From an uncultured delta proteobacterium (GTDB taxonomy: Bacteria; Myxococcota; B64-G9), in the NCBI GenBank assembly GCA_963754925.1, contig CAVWHX010000004.1, positions 256,001-320,000 of the forward strand: a stretch of 64,000 bases of DNA, written 5' to 3'. Position 1 is the first letter of the stretch. Every line of letters begins with the position of its first letter. Below the pieces are notes generated by a model. It did no database searches. It was given only the letters and a program-made list of their open reading frames with translations, and was not told where the DNA came from. This document shows, piece after piece, positions 9,624 to 20,599 of the stretch. The position numbers were made by a program, and so were the translations under genes.

Positions 9624-10763
9624 ATGATGAACAAGCAACCCGTATACCACTTATTGTTTGGTATTTCCATCGCGGCTCTGGTTGCGCTCGGGACCTGGTG
9701 GGCTGTTTTTTTAAAACATTCTATTGAGTTAGAAAAAAATGACAAAATCAACGAGCTACGCTATGCGGTTGAAAAAACCGCATTGATACTTGGCCGGGCC
9801 GATAACCTTCCTCACCCGGGCCCCGTGCCAGGGGCCATATCCTTGGAAGTTATCGCCGCCTCCCCTTCGGCGGGGGAAGATCAGATTGCGGCCACACTCA
9901 TACCCAACTACCCGATGTTTGCGGTGCGCGTCGCACCGGGCGAGATCCAACGAATCAATACCAAGCTCGCGCGACGCAGGATCATGGTGATTGGGGAGGG
10001 ATCGCTCCTGTTTTTCCTCCTCGGAATTTGCACCATCATGCTGTATCGACTGGTGCGGCAAGAGCATCGCCATATGATGGATATGGAGGTTTTTATCGCT
10101 ACGGTCACGCATGAAATGAAGACTCCCCTGACCGGGATTAAATCGTTGCTCCAAACCTTTTCTGCAGGCAACGTGCCTGAAGCAGAGGAGGCGAAGCTCT
10201 ATGCGATGGGGCTTAAAGAGACCGAGCGGCTCGAGCACATGGTTGAAAATATAATTATTTCGGGGCGAATTCAGGGCGGCCGATACCAAGTTCAACGCCA
10301 GGTCATCGAACTAAAACCATTCCTCCACCACTTTATCGAACATCGGAGAAAGTATTTGGCGGACCAGCCGGATTCGCTCCGGTTGCTGTGGGAAACCCGA
10401 CAGACCGCTCCAAAAGTGAACGCCGATCCTCATGCGCTGCAGGTTATTCTCGAAAACCTCACCGACAACGCCTTCAAGTACGGGGGGCCGTCTCCCGACG
10501 TATGCTTGATGGTGGAGAACGCGGATAACCGGTTGCGTATCTCAATCACCGACACCGGTGTAGGCTTTGAACCCGCCAAAGCCGAAAATCTCTTCATTCC
10601 TTTTGTTCGAGTCACCAATCTGCAGCCTAACATCCAGCATGGAACTGGTTTGGGGCTGGCGATCGCCCGCGCGCTTGCGCGCCAGATGGACGGGGATATT
10701 TTAGCCGAAAGTGAAGGCCTCGGAAAAGGCAGTCGGTTTTCTCTGATATTACCGCAGGTCTGA
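9624..10763 (+). CDS. membrane sensor histidine kinase (HisKA/HATPase), HemK-like by context
   Basis: Two TM segments, THEMKTPL H-box, ENLTDNAFKY, DTGVG, GTGLGLAI, GKGSRF. Confidence 0.92.
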   Translation: MMNKQPVYHLLFGISIAALVALGTWWAVFLKHSIELEKNDKINELRYAVEKTALILGRADNLPHPGPVPGAISLEVIAASPSAGEDQIAATLIPNYPMFAVRVAPGEIQRINTKLARRRIMVIGEGSLLFFLLGICTIMLYRLVRQEHRHMMDMEVFIATVTHEMKTPLTGIKSLLQTFSAGNVPEAEEAKLYAMGLKETERLEHMVENIIISGRIQGGRYQVQRQVIELKPFLHHFIEHRRKYLADQPDSLRLLWETRQTAPKVNADPHALQVILENLTDNAFKYGGPSPDVCLMVENADNRLRISITDTGVGFEPAKAENLFIPFVRVTNLQPNIQHGTGLGLAIARALARQMDGDILAESEGLGKGSRFSLILPQV

Positions 10764-10815
10764 TTGTTAACGGATCGTAATACTCAGCGAAGGCTTGCTG
10801 TGGTGTCGTTCGGTA

Positions 10816-12363
10816 TTACGGAACGTCCGCGCGCACCGCTTCCACCAGGATCGTCAGTCCATCGACCACGTTGAGGAAGTGTTTCTGGACCACGGCAATC
10901 GTATCGCTGGCAACCTTTTGAACGTAGTCGGCATGGGTAGGATAGAGTAACTGGAGCGTGGCTTCACTAAAGGGGATCGTAAATCCGGAAAGGTTACAAA
11001 TGAGATCGCCCGGGCTGTTGACAAACCAAGTGCTTATGGGAACGTCGACATACGGTGTGCGTACTCCACCCACGGCGTTGCCAAACTGATCTAATAGGGT
11101 CGGCGGATAGCCGGCAGGAGGGTTGGCCTGCACTTCGATGTAATCACCGTGCGGTGGGAGAACGCCTTTACGCACCCATAGATCCAGATTTGTCAATACA
11201 GCGTCGAAAAGCATGCCGAACGGGAACAGACTTCTCGGCAATCCATAATAACACCCGGTTTCCGGATACGGTCGGTTCGCTTTAAGAACGTCTGCCACTG
11301 CCGGCCCAAAATCAAGCTCTGCCTGGGTGGCGTGGCTTGCGCCGGCGACTTCGTAATACCGGAACATAGTCGGGAAGGTATCGCTGTCGGGTTGCCGTAT
11401 GGCGATGGCCAGGTAGTATTCACTTTGCGACATCATGCGCATCACCGGAACGCCGGCATTTAAAATAAACCAGCGCGGGTCAGTCGCTGTAAGCGCCGCA
11501 GCGCCGGAGACTGCAAGCGCCGGGAAGCATTGATTAATGGGAATCATTCCAGCAAAGGTGCCGATTACATAACCGTCGTACAACGGCTTGCCGTTCGCCT
11601 GCACATCAAGCGGATGAAAGGTGTTGATGTAGGTTTGGAGGTATCCGCCGGACTGCGAATAACCGAATCCATAGAGGTGCTTAATTTTATAACTATGCAA
11701 TGGATTCTGGGCAACGTTACTGCGTAAGAGAGCTCCCAGCTGGCTGAACATATCCCAGGACAGACCGTTTTCGGTATATTGTGAGCTGTCGGCCGGCAAC
11801 CCTGTGGTTGCTGTGCAGTTACGCGGATCGCTCAACGGCAGAGGATTCAGCATCGCCAGCGCGGCATAGCGCGTCGGATTAAAGGATTTGAGGGCGTCAA
11901 TGGCGATAGGCCTGATGGTGATGCCGACCCACACGTCGCCATTACGCATGAACTGATCGTGGGAAAAAGCCCAGCCGATTTCGAGATCGAAGTAATTCGT
12001 TGGATTCAGAATTTCGACGATCACATTGCCGCTGAACCGCGCAGGATTTGCCGGACGGCGAACGAGAATGCGCGTTGCATACGGAGCATCTGTTGATTGC
12101 ACCACAGCTGGTCCGTAAGCACCTTTTGCGAGGTCGTACACCCAATTGTATACGTTGGCCTTGCCGCTTACGATGAATTCCTCCTCAACATAACCGAGTT
12201 TCGACAGATCCATGGGAACTTTCAAGTGATCGGCAGCGCCGAACGGGTACGAGTTCGCGGTTACTTTAATGGGGCCAGTAACCGTCGGAATCGGCGTCGC
12301 AGCATAGGTTGTGACCGCTGTCAGAAAAACGAAACAACCTACCATTACAAGAACTTTCTTCAT
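10816..12363 (-). CDS. secreted alpha/beta-hydrolase-domain protein
   Basis: Signal peptide MKKVLVMVGCFVFLTAVTTYA, GYVEEEF, TRILVRRP, GYSQSG nucleophile elbow, GNAVGGVRTPYVDVP. Confidence 0.75.
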   Translation of the reverse strand: MKKVLVMVGCFVFLTAVTTYAATPIPTVTGPIKVTANSYPFGAADHLKVPMDLSKLGYVEEEFIVSGKANVYNWVYDLAKGAYGPAVVQSTDAPYATRILVRRPANPARFSGNVIVEILNPTNYFDLEIGWAFSHDQFMRNGDVWVGITIRPIAIDALKSFNPTRYAALAMLNPLPLSDPRNCTATTGLPADSSQYTENGLSWDMFSQLGALLRSNVAQNPLHSYKIKHLYGFGYSQSGGYLQTYINTFHPLDVQANGKPLYDGYVIGTFAGMIPINQCFPALAVSGAAALTATDPRWFILNAGVPVMRMMSQSEYYLAIAIRQPDSDTFPTMFRYYEVAGASHATQAELDFGPAVADVLKANRPYPETGCYYGLPRSLFPFGMLFDAVLTNLDLWVRKGVLPPHGDYIEVQANPPAGYPPTLLDQFGNAVGGVRTPYVDVPISTWFVNSPGDLICNLSGFTIPFSEATLQLLYPTHADYVQKVASDTIAVVQKHFLNVVDGLTILVEAVRADVP

Positions 12364-12887
12364 ACCATACAATCCGATTCGTCTCGCTCTCATCGATTTT
12401 CCTCCTTTGGTTATTAATAATTCGCCTCTTTTACCCAACAACAGCCAACCGATATGTCGTTTAGAATTAATGAAAAATGTTCAACAAATAATCAGATTTA
12501 AAAAATGACCATCAAAACTGCACACATGATCTAATCATGTTGAACATGAGGTGAGCACATATCTAACTTCAATCGAACATAAATATTATACCCAGTGGGT
12601 AAGTTAATGTCAATATCTTTTGAGGGTTAACAATTTCTATTTTATTTTTATATTACAATATGTTATAGTTGACAAAGTAATCAAGAAATAGGGGTGGATT
12701 CCCTTTTGTTTCTTACGAGATAGAATTTATGGTTACGGAGAAGCTAGTCATATAATTTATCTAATTATTAAGAATAGTTATCAAAATAATTTCAAGTTTG
12801 ACTCAAGACATACAGCGAGATAGGATGCATCGATAGCGGCAAGCCTGGAACAGGCGGCAGGCTTTTCGATACGATGCCGGAGGCTTG

Positions 12888-13580
12888 ATGGCAAACGGGC
12901 GAGTGTTGCTCATCGAAGACGAAGAACTGGTCGGCACCATGGTCCGCCTCAATCTCCAAGGCGCCGGCTTCGAGACGGTCTGGCTGAAAAACGGCCACGA
13001 GGCGCTTCGGATAATATCCAAGAATAACTTTGATCTGATCTTATTGGACATAACACTGCCGGGAATGGGCGGTTTGGAGGTGTTGGAAAAAATTCGCCGT
13101 CGCGAAATCACGACGCCAGTCATGATGCTCACCGCCCGTGGCGAGGTGCAAACCAAGGTGGAGGCCTTCACTATCGGCGCCGACGACTATCTGCCAAAAC
13201 CTTTCGACGTGGCTGAACTAGTCGCCCGGGTTCAAGCATTGGTCAGGCGTTCCCAAGCGGAGCGCGAGATTCCATCCGATCAGATCGTGCGCTTCGAATC
13301 ATACGAAATCAATTTGGCCACGCGTGAGGCGGTCTCAAACACCGGTCCTATTGTCCTTTCCGAAAAGGAGGCTGCCCTCGTTCGCCAGCTGGTGCGCGCC
13401 CAAGGTCAGGTGCTTGCCCGCGCGGACATACTCGATGAGGTATGGGGGATGGACACCTACCCCACCGAGCGGACCGTGGACAACTTCATTGTGCGGTTGC
13501 GTAAGCTCTTTGAACCGGACCCAGAAAACCCCAAACACTTTCTTACCGTCCGCGGGACGGGCTATCGGTTCAATCCATGA
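12888..13580 (+). CDS. OmpR/PhoB-family response regulator, HemR-like by context
   Basis: LLIEDE, LLDITLPG, GADDYLPKPF, ERTVDNFIVRLRK, TVRGTGYRF. Confidence 0.95.
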   Translation: MANGRVLLIEDEELVGTMVRLNLQGAGFETVWLKNGHEALRIISKNNFDLILLDITLPGMGGLEVLEKIRRREITTPVMMLTARGEVQTKVEAFTIGADDYLPKPFDVAELVARVQALVRRSQAEREIPSDQIVRFESYEINLATREAVSNTGPIVLSEKEAALVRQLVRAQGQVLARADILDEVWGMDTYPTERTVDNFIVRLRKLFEPDPENPKHFLTVRGTGYRFNP

Positions 13581-13603
13581 ACCGTTATCATTCAGGTAAT
13601 ATG

Positions 13604-13707
13604 GCGCTGGGTGACGCTGAGCAGGGGGCCCCCCGCCGGCGCGGAATCATCGCGATGTTTCCGATGATGAGCACCGCCGGGGGATGCGAGGTGGCAGGAC
13701 CCGGCGC
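13604..13707. repeat. intergenic copy of the hemD-inserted repeat element, opposite orientation
   Basis: Ends GCGCTGGG...CCCGGCGC; its reverse complement shares GGGTCCTG..CCTCGCATCC, CCCGGCGGTGCTC, CGCCGGCGGGGGG, CCCCTGCTC and CCCAGCGC with 7686..7840. Confidence 0.8.
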
Positions 13708-13757
13708 ATACTTGTTCATGAAAGGTTTTTATCGAGCGTCAACCCAAGAGGTGCCAG

Positions 13758-14726
13758 ATGTTTCCAACGCATAGACCCCGGAGGCTGCGCAGCTCTCCGC
13801 TCCTACGTGCTGTGGTGCGAGAGACGCAGGTGCACCCTGACGACCTGATCCACCCGCTCTTTGTTCAAGAAAACTTAGCCAGGCCCGAGCCGATCGACAC
13901 CCTCCCCGGCCAGAACCGGCACACCCTGGAATCGATGCTTAGCGAAGCAGACAAAGCCGTCCAGGCCGGCATAAAAGCCATCTTGTTGTTTGGCATACCG
14001 GAGAAGAAGGACGCCGTCGGAAGCAGTGCGTACGCCGAAACCGGCATCATTCAGAAAGCGGTGGCAAGCATCAAGAACCGAAAGTTTCCGCTGTTGGTCA
14101 TCACCGACGTTTGCCTGTGCGAATACACCGCGCATGGGCACTGCGGGTTAATTAAGGATGGGGAGGTCGACAACGACGCAACCCTGGATCTTATCGCCAA
14201 GACCGCCCTTTCCCACGCCCAAGCCGGGGCGGACATCGTGGCTCCCAGCGATATGATGGATGGAAGGGTCAGGGCGATTCGCGAGACTCTGGATCGCGCC
14301 GGTTTGCAGAATGTGGTCATCCTTTCCTACGCGGCTAAATATGCGAGCAGTTTTTACGGCCCCTTCCGGGAGGCCGCAGGCTCCGCCCCGCAGTTTGGAG
14401 ACCGCCTTGCCTATCAGATGGATCCCGCAAACAAACGCGAGGCGTTAAAGGAAGTCCTGTTGGACATCGAAGAGGGCGCGGATCTGATTATGGTCAAACC
14501 TGCCCTCGCCTATCTCGACATCGTGCATATGGTCAAGCACGCTACCTCGGTGCCGGTGGCCGCATACAACGTCAGCGGCGAATATGCCATGATTGAATTT
14601 GCGGCCAAAGCGGGCGCCCTCGACCGCGAGCGGGCCATCCGTGAGGTGCTGGTATCGATTAAACGCGCCGGCGCCGATCTGATCCTCACCTACCATGCGC
14701 TGGAAGCGGCGAAGTGGGCTTGGTAA
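13758..14726 (+). CDS. hemB: porphobilinogen synthase (ALA dehydratase)
   Basis: [48 protein letters not shown]. Confidence 0.98.
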   Translation: MFPTHRPRRLRSSPLLRAVVRETQVHPDDLIHPLFVQENLARPEPIDTLPGQNRHTLESMLSEADKAVQAGIKAILLFGIPEKKDAVGSSAYAETGIIQKAVASIKNRKFPLLVITDVCLCEYTAHGHCGLIKDGEVDNDATLDLIAKTALSHAQAGADIVAPSDMMDGRVRAIRETLDRAGLQNVVILSYAAKYASSFYGPFREAAGSAPQFGDRLAYQMDPANKREALKEVLLDIEEGADLIMVKPALAYLDIVHMVKHATSVPVAAYNVSGEYAMIEFAAKAGALDRERAIREVLVSIKRAGADLILTYHALEAAKWAW

Positions 14727-14736
14727 GCCCAAAGAG

Positions 14737-15453
14737 CTACTTTTTCCAGAATTTGTTGAAAAACTCTAGGAATCCTCGACGCTCATAAGCAAGAGATTCC
14801 TCAAGGGTTGCCCTGTTGCGGTGCTCTATGAGGTTTTTCATGGTCAGGAGCATCTCCGGATTTTGCGCTGCGATGTATCCCGCGATTTCCTTCGCCCGCG
14901 GGACCAGCCGGTCGGCCGGCACCACCTCGTTTACCAATCCAATCCGCAGCGCCTCTGATGCCGATATAAACTGGCAGGTAAGCGACATCTGTTTGGCCAT
15001 CCGCTGGCCGACAGCCTCCTGAAGAAGCTGGCTCATGCCCCATCCCGGATGGATACCCATTTTCACATGCGTATCGGCGAAGGACGCTTGTTCCGAGGCG
15101 ATGAGAAAATCGCAGTTGAGCGCCAGTTCGAAACCGCCGGTCATGGTGGCGCCGTTGATTGCGCCGATAATCGGCTTTTCGCATGCGTCGAAGACATCAA
15201 GCATGTCCTGGCCATCGCCCCGGGGATCGGTGAGGTTCTCGGTCGCAATCGCCTTCAGATCCAGTCCCGAGCAGAAGCCCGGGCCCGCACCCGTGAGGAC
15301 GGCCGCCCTGATATCGATGTCCCCGGCAACCGCATCAATATAATGATACAAGTTCGCGAGCAGGTCCTGATTGAGTGCGTTACGCCGCTCAGGGCGGTTC
15401 AAGGTAATAAGCGCTACGCCGTTTTCTTTTTCGAAAAGAACCGTCTTATTCAT
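14737..15453 (-). CDS. enoyl-CoA hydratase/isomerase family protein
   Basis: ITLNRPERRNAL, FCSGLDL, GAINGATMTGGFELALNCD. Confidence 0.9.
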   Translation of the reverse strand: MNKTVLFEKENGVALITLNRPERRNALNQDLLANLYHYIDAVAGDIDIRAAVLTGAGPGFCSGLDLKAIATENLTDPRGDGQDMLDVFDACEKPIIGAINGATMTGGFELALNCDFLIASEQASFADTHVKMGIHPGWGMSQLLQEAVGQRMAKQMSLTCQFISASEALRIGLVNEVVPADRLVPRAKEIAGYIAAQNPEMLLTMKNLIEHRNRATLEESLAYERRGFLEFFNKFWKK

Positions 15454-15587
15454 AGGCGAATGTTCCTGTTGTAACTTAGTTGGTGCCAGGATTGCCCATT
15501 CGGGCCTTCCGTTTGGTCCAATTTTTTCATCACTACCATTTCCGGCGTTTTGGCGCCATCTCCTTTTTCAGGGCGGGGATGCATTCG

Positions 15588-17566
15588 CTATTTCGGATGC
15601 GTGGCGATATCCCAGCACCTGCGCCAGTAAGGACTAACACTATCATCGTTGTAGAGATTGGGAACAGTACCGCTGTTTGAGGTAGCACTTGCAGCAATGA
15701 ATTTTACCAGAGCGTACCAAAGCTTCATCTCATGGCCGCCGTCGCTCACTATCCGATCAAGAAGGACCACCTCTTGGCCATTCTCGTCGAGAGGTTTTAA
15801 GCTTAAAGCTTCGCGAGGAACGAGGCGATGTAGTAGCTCGTGGTGATGGAGTATAGAGTGGTCTCGGGTATCTTGAAGCCTCCGTCGGCGCTATCGAAGA
15901 CCACTATCCCGCCACTGGCGTCGGACTCATCCAACTTCTCGTATACCGTGATCTTCTGGATCCGCGCGAGGGAATTCTCGTTGGCGTCAAACTCTATCTT
16001 CATTCCCGAGGGCGAGATCACATAGTCATCATTGGTCAAGCCCTGGAAGGCGGTGGTGTACTCCAGCACTAACTTGATTTGGTCCAATGGCAGGTAGAAC
16101 GTCACCAAGGGGAAGCCAACCTGACTGTCCAGACCGATGCCGAACGGGGCAGCTCTGAAGACATCGGCCAAGCAAAAGCCCCCTTTGCAGCGCATCAGGG
16201 AGTCGCGAATATCCCCTGCGTTGCTGACCATGGCCAGTTGGGTGCCGGTGGCTGCGCGCATGGCGTCGCTGAGCAGGTATGCCAAGTTATTGCATTCATT
16301 AGGGTGCAGCAAGAGGTCGAAGTCGGATTGGGCTAGTTGCTGGAAGTAGTCCCCGGTAAGGAAGGCACCGTCAGCCGGTGCGATCGGGTACTTCGAGATC
16401 ACATTTTCCTGGACGTCCGCGATCAGCGTCTGTTCCCACTCGCCAAGGGCGGGTAAACCGATAATCTGATCGTCGATGGGGATCAGCTGTCCCGCAGCCT
16501 CTTGCACCCGGCCGTGACCGTCGAGAATCAGATCCCAGCGGCCGAGGTATAACCCGTCGCTGCCAGCCTCCATGGCCCAGGTGCTCCACTCTCCGTCTTT
16601 GCAGGGGATTGCCACCGGCTGCTGCACGACGCTATGGTAGTGGCCGCTCAGGATGACGTCGATGCCGCAGACCTGCTTAGCCAGGTCGGCGGTCTCGCCA
16701 CTGGGCGTGTCGCCGTCCACGCGTAACCCCAGGTGGCCGAGCAGGATGACGAATGTTACCCCTTCCTCGTTACGCAGCTTGTCCACGGCCGCCTGGGTGT
16801 CGGCGGCCAGATCGGTCATGTTTTTGGGAAAGAGCCAACTAGCGCCGGAGACACTGCCGGCATCGATACCTATCAACCCGAAGATGCCCACCTTCAGGCC
16901 GCTGGGCATGGTCCGGACGATGTATGGGTAAACTCGTTTCCCGGCCTCGCCTTCCGTGCCGTAAAGGGCGGCGAGCGCGTCGTCCGAGGAATCGCTGTCG
17001 GAGAAGTGGAGGTCGGCGCACAACAACGGGACGGGCGGCTGGTCGGCGTTACCGATCATGGCCGCGGTGCCCCCCGCGGTCCAGTCAAACTCGTGGTTGC
17101 CCAGGCCCGCGGCGTCGAAATTAAGCTTCTTGAGCAGGTTGAGGTCGGCGGCGCCCTTTTCAGCGGCCACCAGCATCGAACCCATGGTGAAATCGCCGGC
17201 CGAGAGGTTAAGAAAGTCAGTCTCCACCGCAGCGTTGGCGGTCTCCTGGCGAATCTGATCCATACGGGCGCCATAGCGCGCGGCTCCGCCTTTCGTGCCG
17301 TCCCCGGTCGTGCTGGGATCGTAGGCGCAGTTCGGGAAACCCAGTATTTGTGAGTGGGTATCATTGGTCTGGAGCAGCACCAGGTTATAGCTGGTTGAGC
17401 CAGAACCTCCGCAACCATACAGCAGCAAGGTTACGCAGCCAAGCCAGCACACCATACCCAAGGGGCGGGTGCCGAAGGCCCGGCCGATTTCAAAGTGGTT
17501 TTCGCTGGCTACCGCATGCGTTGACACAAGTATCTCCCCTCGAAAGAAATAGATTGATAATCCCAT
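15588..17566 (-). CDS. bifunctional metallophosphatase/5'-nucleotidase lipoprotein, frameshift near 15805, start uncertain
   Basis: TNDTHS, AGDFTMG, LGNHEFD, LGHLG, LSGHYH; lipobox LYGC; C-terminus continues in another frame (..EMKLWYAL..) to 15588. Confidence 0.82.
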
Positions 17567-17758
17567 AGCATCCCGTTACCTCATACGCAAGGCGATGTTC
17601 ATCGCCGGCGTGGGCTTCTTGAAAATGTCAGTTGACAACGATGTTGCTTCATATTGTTATCAGCGAGACATTCGAGGAATTGCATACCGAGTATCGCTTA
17701 CCTCCCAACAAAAGGAAGATGTCCCCCGTCACCAATGTTGAACAAAGGAAACTAACGT

Positions 17759-18484
17759 ATGCCACCGATTGTATCTGTCCGCGAAGCCATCAAAGAGTAC
17801 GCCCTGGGCAAGACGATTGTCCGCGCCCTCGACCGGGTGGATTTGAACGTGGAACCGGGTGAGTTCATATCGATCGCCGGTCCTTCGGGCAGCGGCAAAA
17901 CCACCTTGCTCAATCTCATCGGCTGCGTCGATACCGTCACCTCGGGAACGGTTATGGTCGGCGGCCATGACACCAAGCATCTTTCTGACCGCGATTTAAC
18001 CAACTTACGCTTGAACCAGATTGGTTTCATCTTCCAAAGTTTCAATTTGGTATCGGTGCTGAACGTTTTTCAAAACGTCGAGTTTCCCCTGCTGCTCCAA
18101 CGGAAGCTCTCGTCCAAGCAACGCAGGAAGCGGGTGGAGCAACTGCTTGATGACGTCGGCCTTGCCGATCATATTCGTCATCGCCCCAATGAACTTTCCG
18201 GCGGCCAGCGTCAGCGCGTGGCCATCGCCCGCGCTCTGGTGACCCGACCACAAATCGTGCTGGCTGATGAGCCAACTGCCAATCTCGATTCGGTCACCGG
18301 CCAAAATATCATAGATCTTATGAAAGCCATGAACCAGCACGAGAAGACCACCTTCATTTTCTCAACCCATGACGTCAAGGTCATGACTCACGCCAACGCC
18401 GTGGTGCGGCTGCAGGATGGCCGGGTCCTCGACCGGGTGGCGCCCAGTCAGCTATCGAACACCAAGCCGGAGGGATCGGCATGA
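17759..18484 (+). CDS. ABC transporter ATP-binding protein (LolD/MacB-like)
   Basis: GPSGSGKTT, LSGGQRQRVAIARAL, LADEPTANLD. Confidence 0.95.
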   Translation: MPPIVSVREAIKEYALGKTIVRALDRVDLNVEPGEFISIAGPSGSGKTTLLNLIGCVDTVTSGTVMVGGHDTKHLSDRDLTNLRLNQIGFIFQSFNLVSVLNVFQNVEFPLLLQRKLSSKQRRKRVEQLLDDVGLADHIRHRPNELSGGQRQRVAIARALVTRPQIVLADEPTANLDSVTGQNIIDLMKAMNQHEKTTFIFSTHDVKVMTHANAVVRLQDGRVLDRVAPSQLSNTKPEGSA

Positions 18485-20595
18485 GCGCCCGCAGCGCCAC
18501 CCTCGGGATGATCGTACGCATCGCGATCCGCAATCTGTTCGCCAGTCGGGTCAAGACCTTTGTTCTGGGCGGAATCATCCTGTTTGGCACCGTGTTGGTT
18601 GTCGTCGGCGGATCTTTGGTCAACAGCGTGTCCCAGGGCATGGCGCGCAGCATCATCGGCAGCGTGGCCGGCAACATTCAGGTTTACTCGGCCAAATCCA
18701 AGGATGAGCTCGCCATTTGGGGCTCCCTCGGCGGCGATCCCGATCTGGTCCCCATCCCCGACTTTGCGGCAATGCGCGATAGTCTCATGACCATCGACAA
18801 CATCAAGACAGTCGTGCCCATGGGTATCGGCAGCGCCATGGTCCAGTCAGGAAATACCATCGATCTGACCCTGGCAAAGCTGCGCGAGACCGTGCAGCGC
18901 AGGCTTGATGGAGACGACTCAACGCAACTTCTAGACGAGATTAAGAGTCAAAAAGAGCATATTCACCAAATGATTCGGGTGCTGCAGCAAGATTGGCGCA
19001 ATATTGCCTTGGTCCTCACCGAGGGCGCCATCGAGCCCGAGCACGAACAATACGTCAAGCGAGCGGTTTCCGATGAGTTTTGGGCCCATTTTGATAACGA
19101 TCCGCTCGGATCTTTGGAATTTTTGGAAAACCGCATTGCACCGCTGCTTGCCGACGCCGATTTCCTGTTCATCCGGTACGTCGGGACCGATCTCGAGACC
19201 TTCGCCGCATCCTTCGATCGCCTGGAGATGGTTGATGGCGCCATGGTGCCGCCGGGTCAGCGAGGTTTCCTCATATCCAAGTTTCTTTACGAGGAGATGT
19301 TCAAACTGGGAACCGCCCGACGTCTGGATAAGATCAAGGAAGCCCTTACCGTTGAAGGTCGCAGTATCGACGGTGATCCCGAGCTTACCCACTGGGTCAA
19401 GGAGAACACCGACCAAGTGCGCGAGATCCTTTTGCAACTCGATGCACGGCAGACCGCTGACGTCATCAGTCGGCTGCAGCGGGCGCTCGGCGAAAAAGAC
19501 TCTGACTTGGCAATGTTGCTTGCAAAGCTCCTCAAGACTAACAACCAAAACTTCCTCACCCGCTATCAGCTTTTCTACGAGCTTGTCGCACCGCAACTCC
19601 AGCTCTACCGGCTGCGCATGGGAGATTATCTGACCATCAAAGGCATCACCCGTTCGGGCTATGCCAAGGCGATCAACGTCAAAATCTACGGCACCTTTCA
19701 ATTCAAGGGCATCGAGAAGTCGAATCTGGCTGGCAGCCTCAACTTGATGGATCTGATGTCGTTCCGTGAATTGTACGGTTACCAAACCGATGAAAAAGTT
19801 GAAGAGATCAAAAAGCTCCAGAAAGAAAGCGGCGTTGTGGCCATCGCCCGTGAAAACGCCGAGGACCAACTTTTTGGAAGTAATCGTCAGATCGAAGTCC
19901 AAGCTCAGCCGAGCGTCATCAACGAAAACCAGATACTGGGTGCGCCGGGAATGGCCAAGAACAAAGACATCGAAAAGGAGGATTTCAGCCGTGCAGAGCT
20001 TGAACACGGCATTGTGCTCAACGCGGCGGTGATTTTAAAAGACCCTCGACGGCTGGACGAAACCATGGACCAGATCCGTTCGCTAAGCGACCGTGATGGC
20101 CTCGGTCTCATTCCGCTGACCTGGCGTCAGGCAGCCGGGGTTATCGGTCAACTGGTGCTCCTGATGCGCATCGTACTCTATACCGCCGTTGGGATCATTT
20201 TCACCGTGGCGATCGTGATCATGAGCAACGCTACGATGATGGCTACCCTCGAACGGGTGACTGAGATCGGCACCCTGCGGGCGATCGGCGCTCAGCGGCG
20301 TTTCATCTTAACCATGGTGGTTATCGAGACCGTCGTCGTGGGGTTGGTGTTTGGCATTCTCGGATCGCTTGTGGGCAGCGCCGTCGTTTCATGGATACAC
20401 GCGGTCGGCATCCCGGCATTCTCCGATATCTGGCAGTTCTTCTTCTCCGGCCCGCGCTTGTACCCAACCCTGGGAATCGGCAACCTCATCGCAGCCTTTG
20501 TCCTGGTGCTGGCTTGTTCCCTGCTCTCGAGTCTCTATCCAGCTTGGTTGGCCACCCGTGTCAATCCGGTGTTGGCCATTCAGACCGAGGAGTAA
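18481..20595 (+). CDS. ABC permease (FtsX/LolC/E-like) with a large periplasmic domain
   Basis: IAIRNL N-terminal TM; ERVTEIGTLRAIG; C-terminal TMs ending YPAWLATRVNPV. Confidence 0.88.
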   Translation: MSARSATLGMIVRIAIRNLFASRVKTFVLGGIILFGTVLVVVGGSLVNSVSQGMARSIIGSVAGNIQVYSAKSKDELAIWGSLGGDPDLVPIPDFAAMRDSLMTIDNIKTVVPMGIGSAMVQSGNTIDLTLAKLRETVQRRLDGDDSTQLLDEIKSQKEHIHQMIRVLQQDWRNIALVLTEGAIEPEHEQYVKRAVSDEFWAHFDNDPLGSLEFLENRIAPLLADADFLFIRYVGTDLETFAASFDRLEMVDGAMVPPGQRGFLISKFLYEEMFKLGTARRLDKIKEALTVEGRSIDGDPELTHWVKENTDQVREILLQLDARQTADVISRLQRALGEKDSDLAMLLAKLLKTNNQNFLTRYQLFYELVAPQLQLYRLRMGDYLTIKGITRSGYAKAINVKIYGTFQFKGIEKSNLAGSLNLMDLMSFRELYGYQTDEKVEEIKKLQKESGVVAIARENAEDQLFGSNRQIEVQAQPSVINENQILGAPGMAKNKDIEKEDFSRAELEHGIVLNAAVILKDPRRLDETMDQIRSLSDRDGLGLIPLTWRQAAGVIGQLVLLMRIVLYTAVGIIFTVAIVIMSNATMMATLERVTEIGTLRAIGAQRRFILTMVVIETVVVGLVFGILGSLVGSAVVSWIHAVGIPAFSDIWQFFFSGPRLYPTLGIGNLIAAFVLVLACSLLSSLYPAWLATRVNPVLAIQTEE

Positions 20596-20599
20596 CGCA

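Noticed and set aside
12520..12605. Inverted repeats ACATGAT-N3-ATCATGT and TACCCA-G-TGGGTA upstream of the hydrolase
   Set aside because: Could be operators, but they are short, lie in AT-rich DNA and have no cognate regulator nearby.
13577..13774. 65-aa ORF between the response regulator and hemB
   Set aside because: Mostly a read-through of the repeat element with no protein-like features; not called, though translation cannot be excluded.
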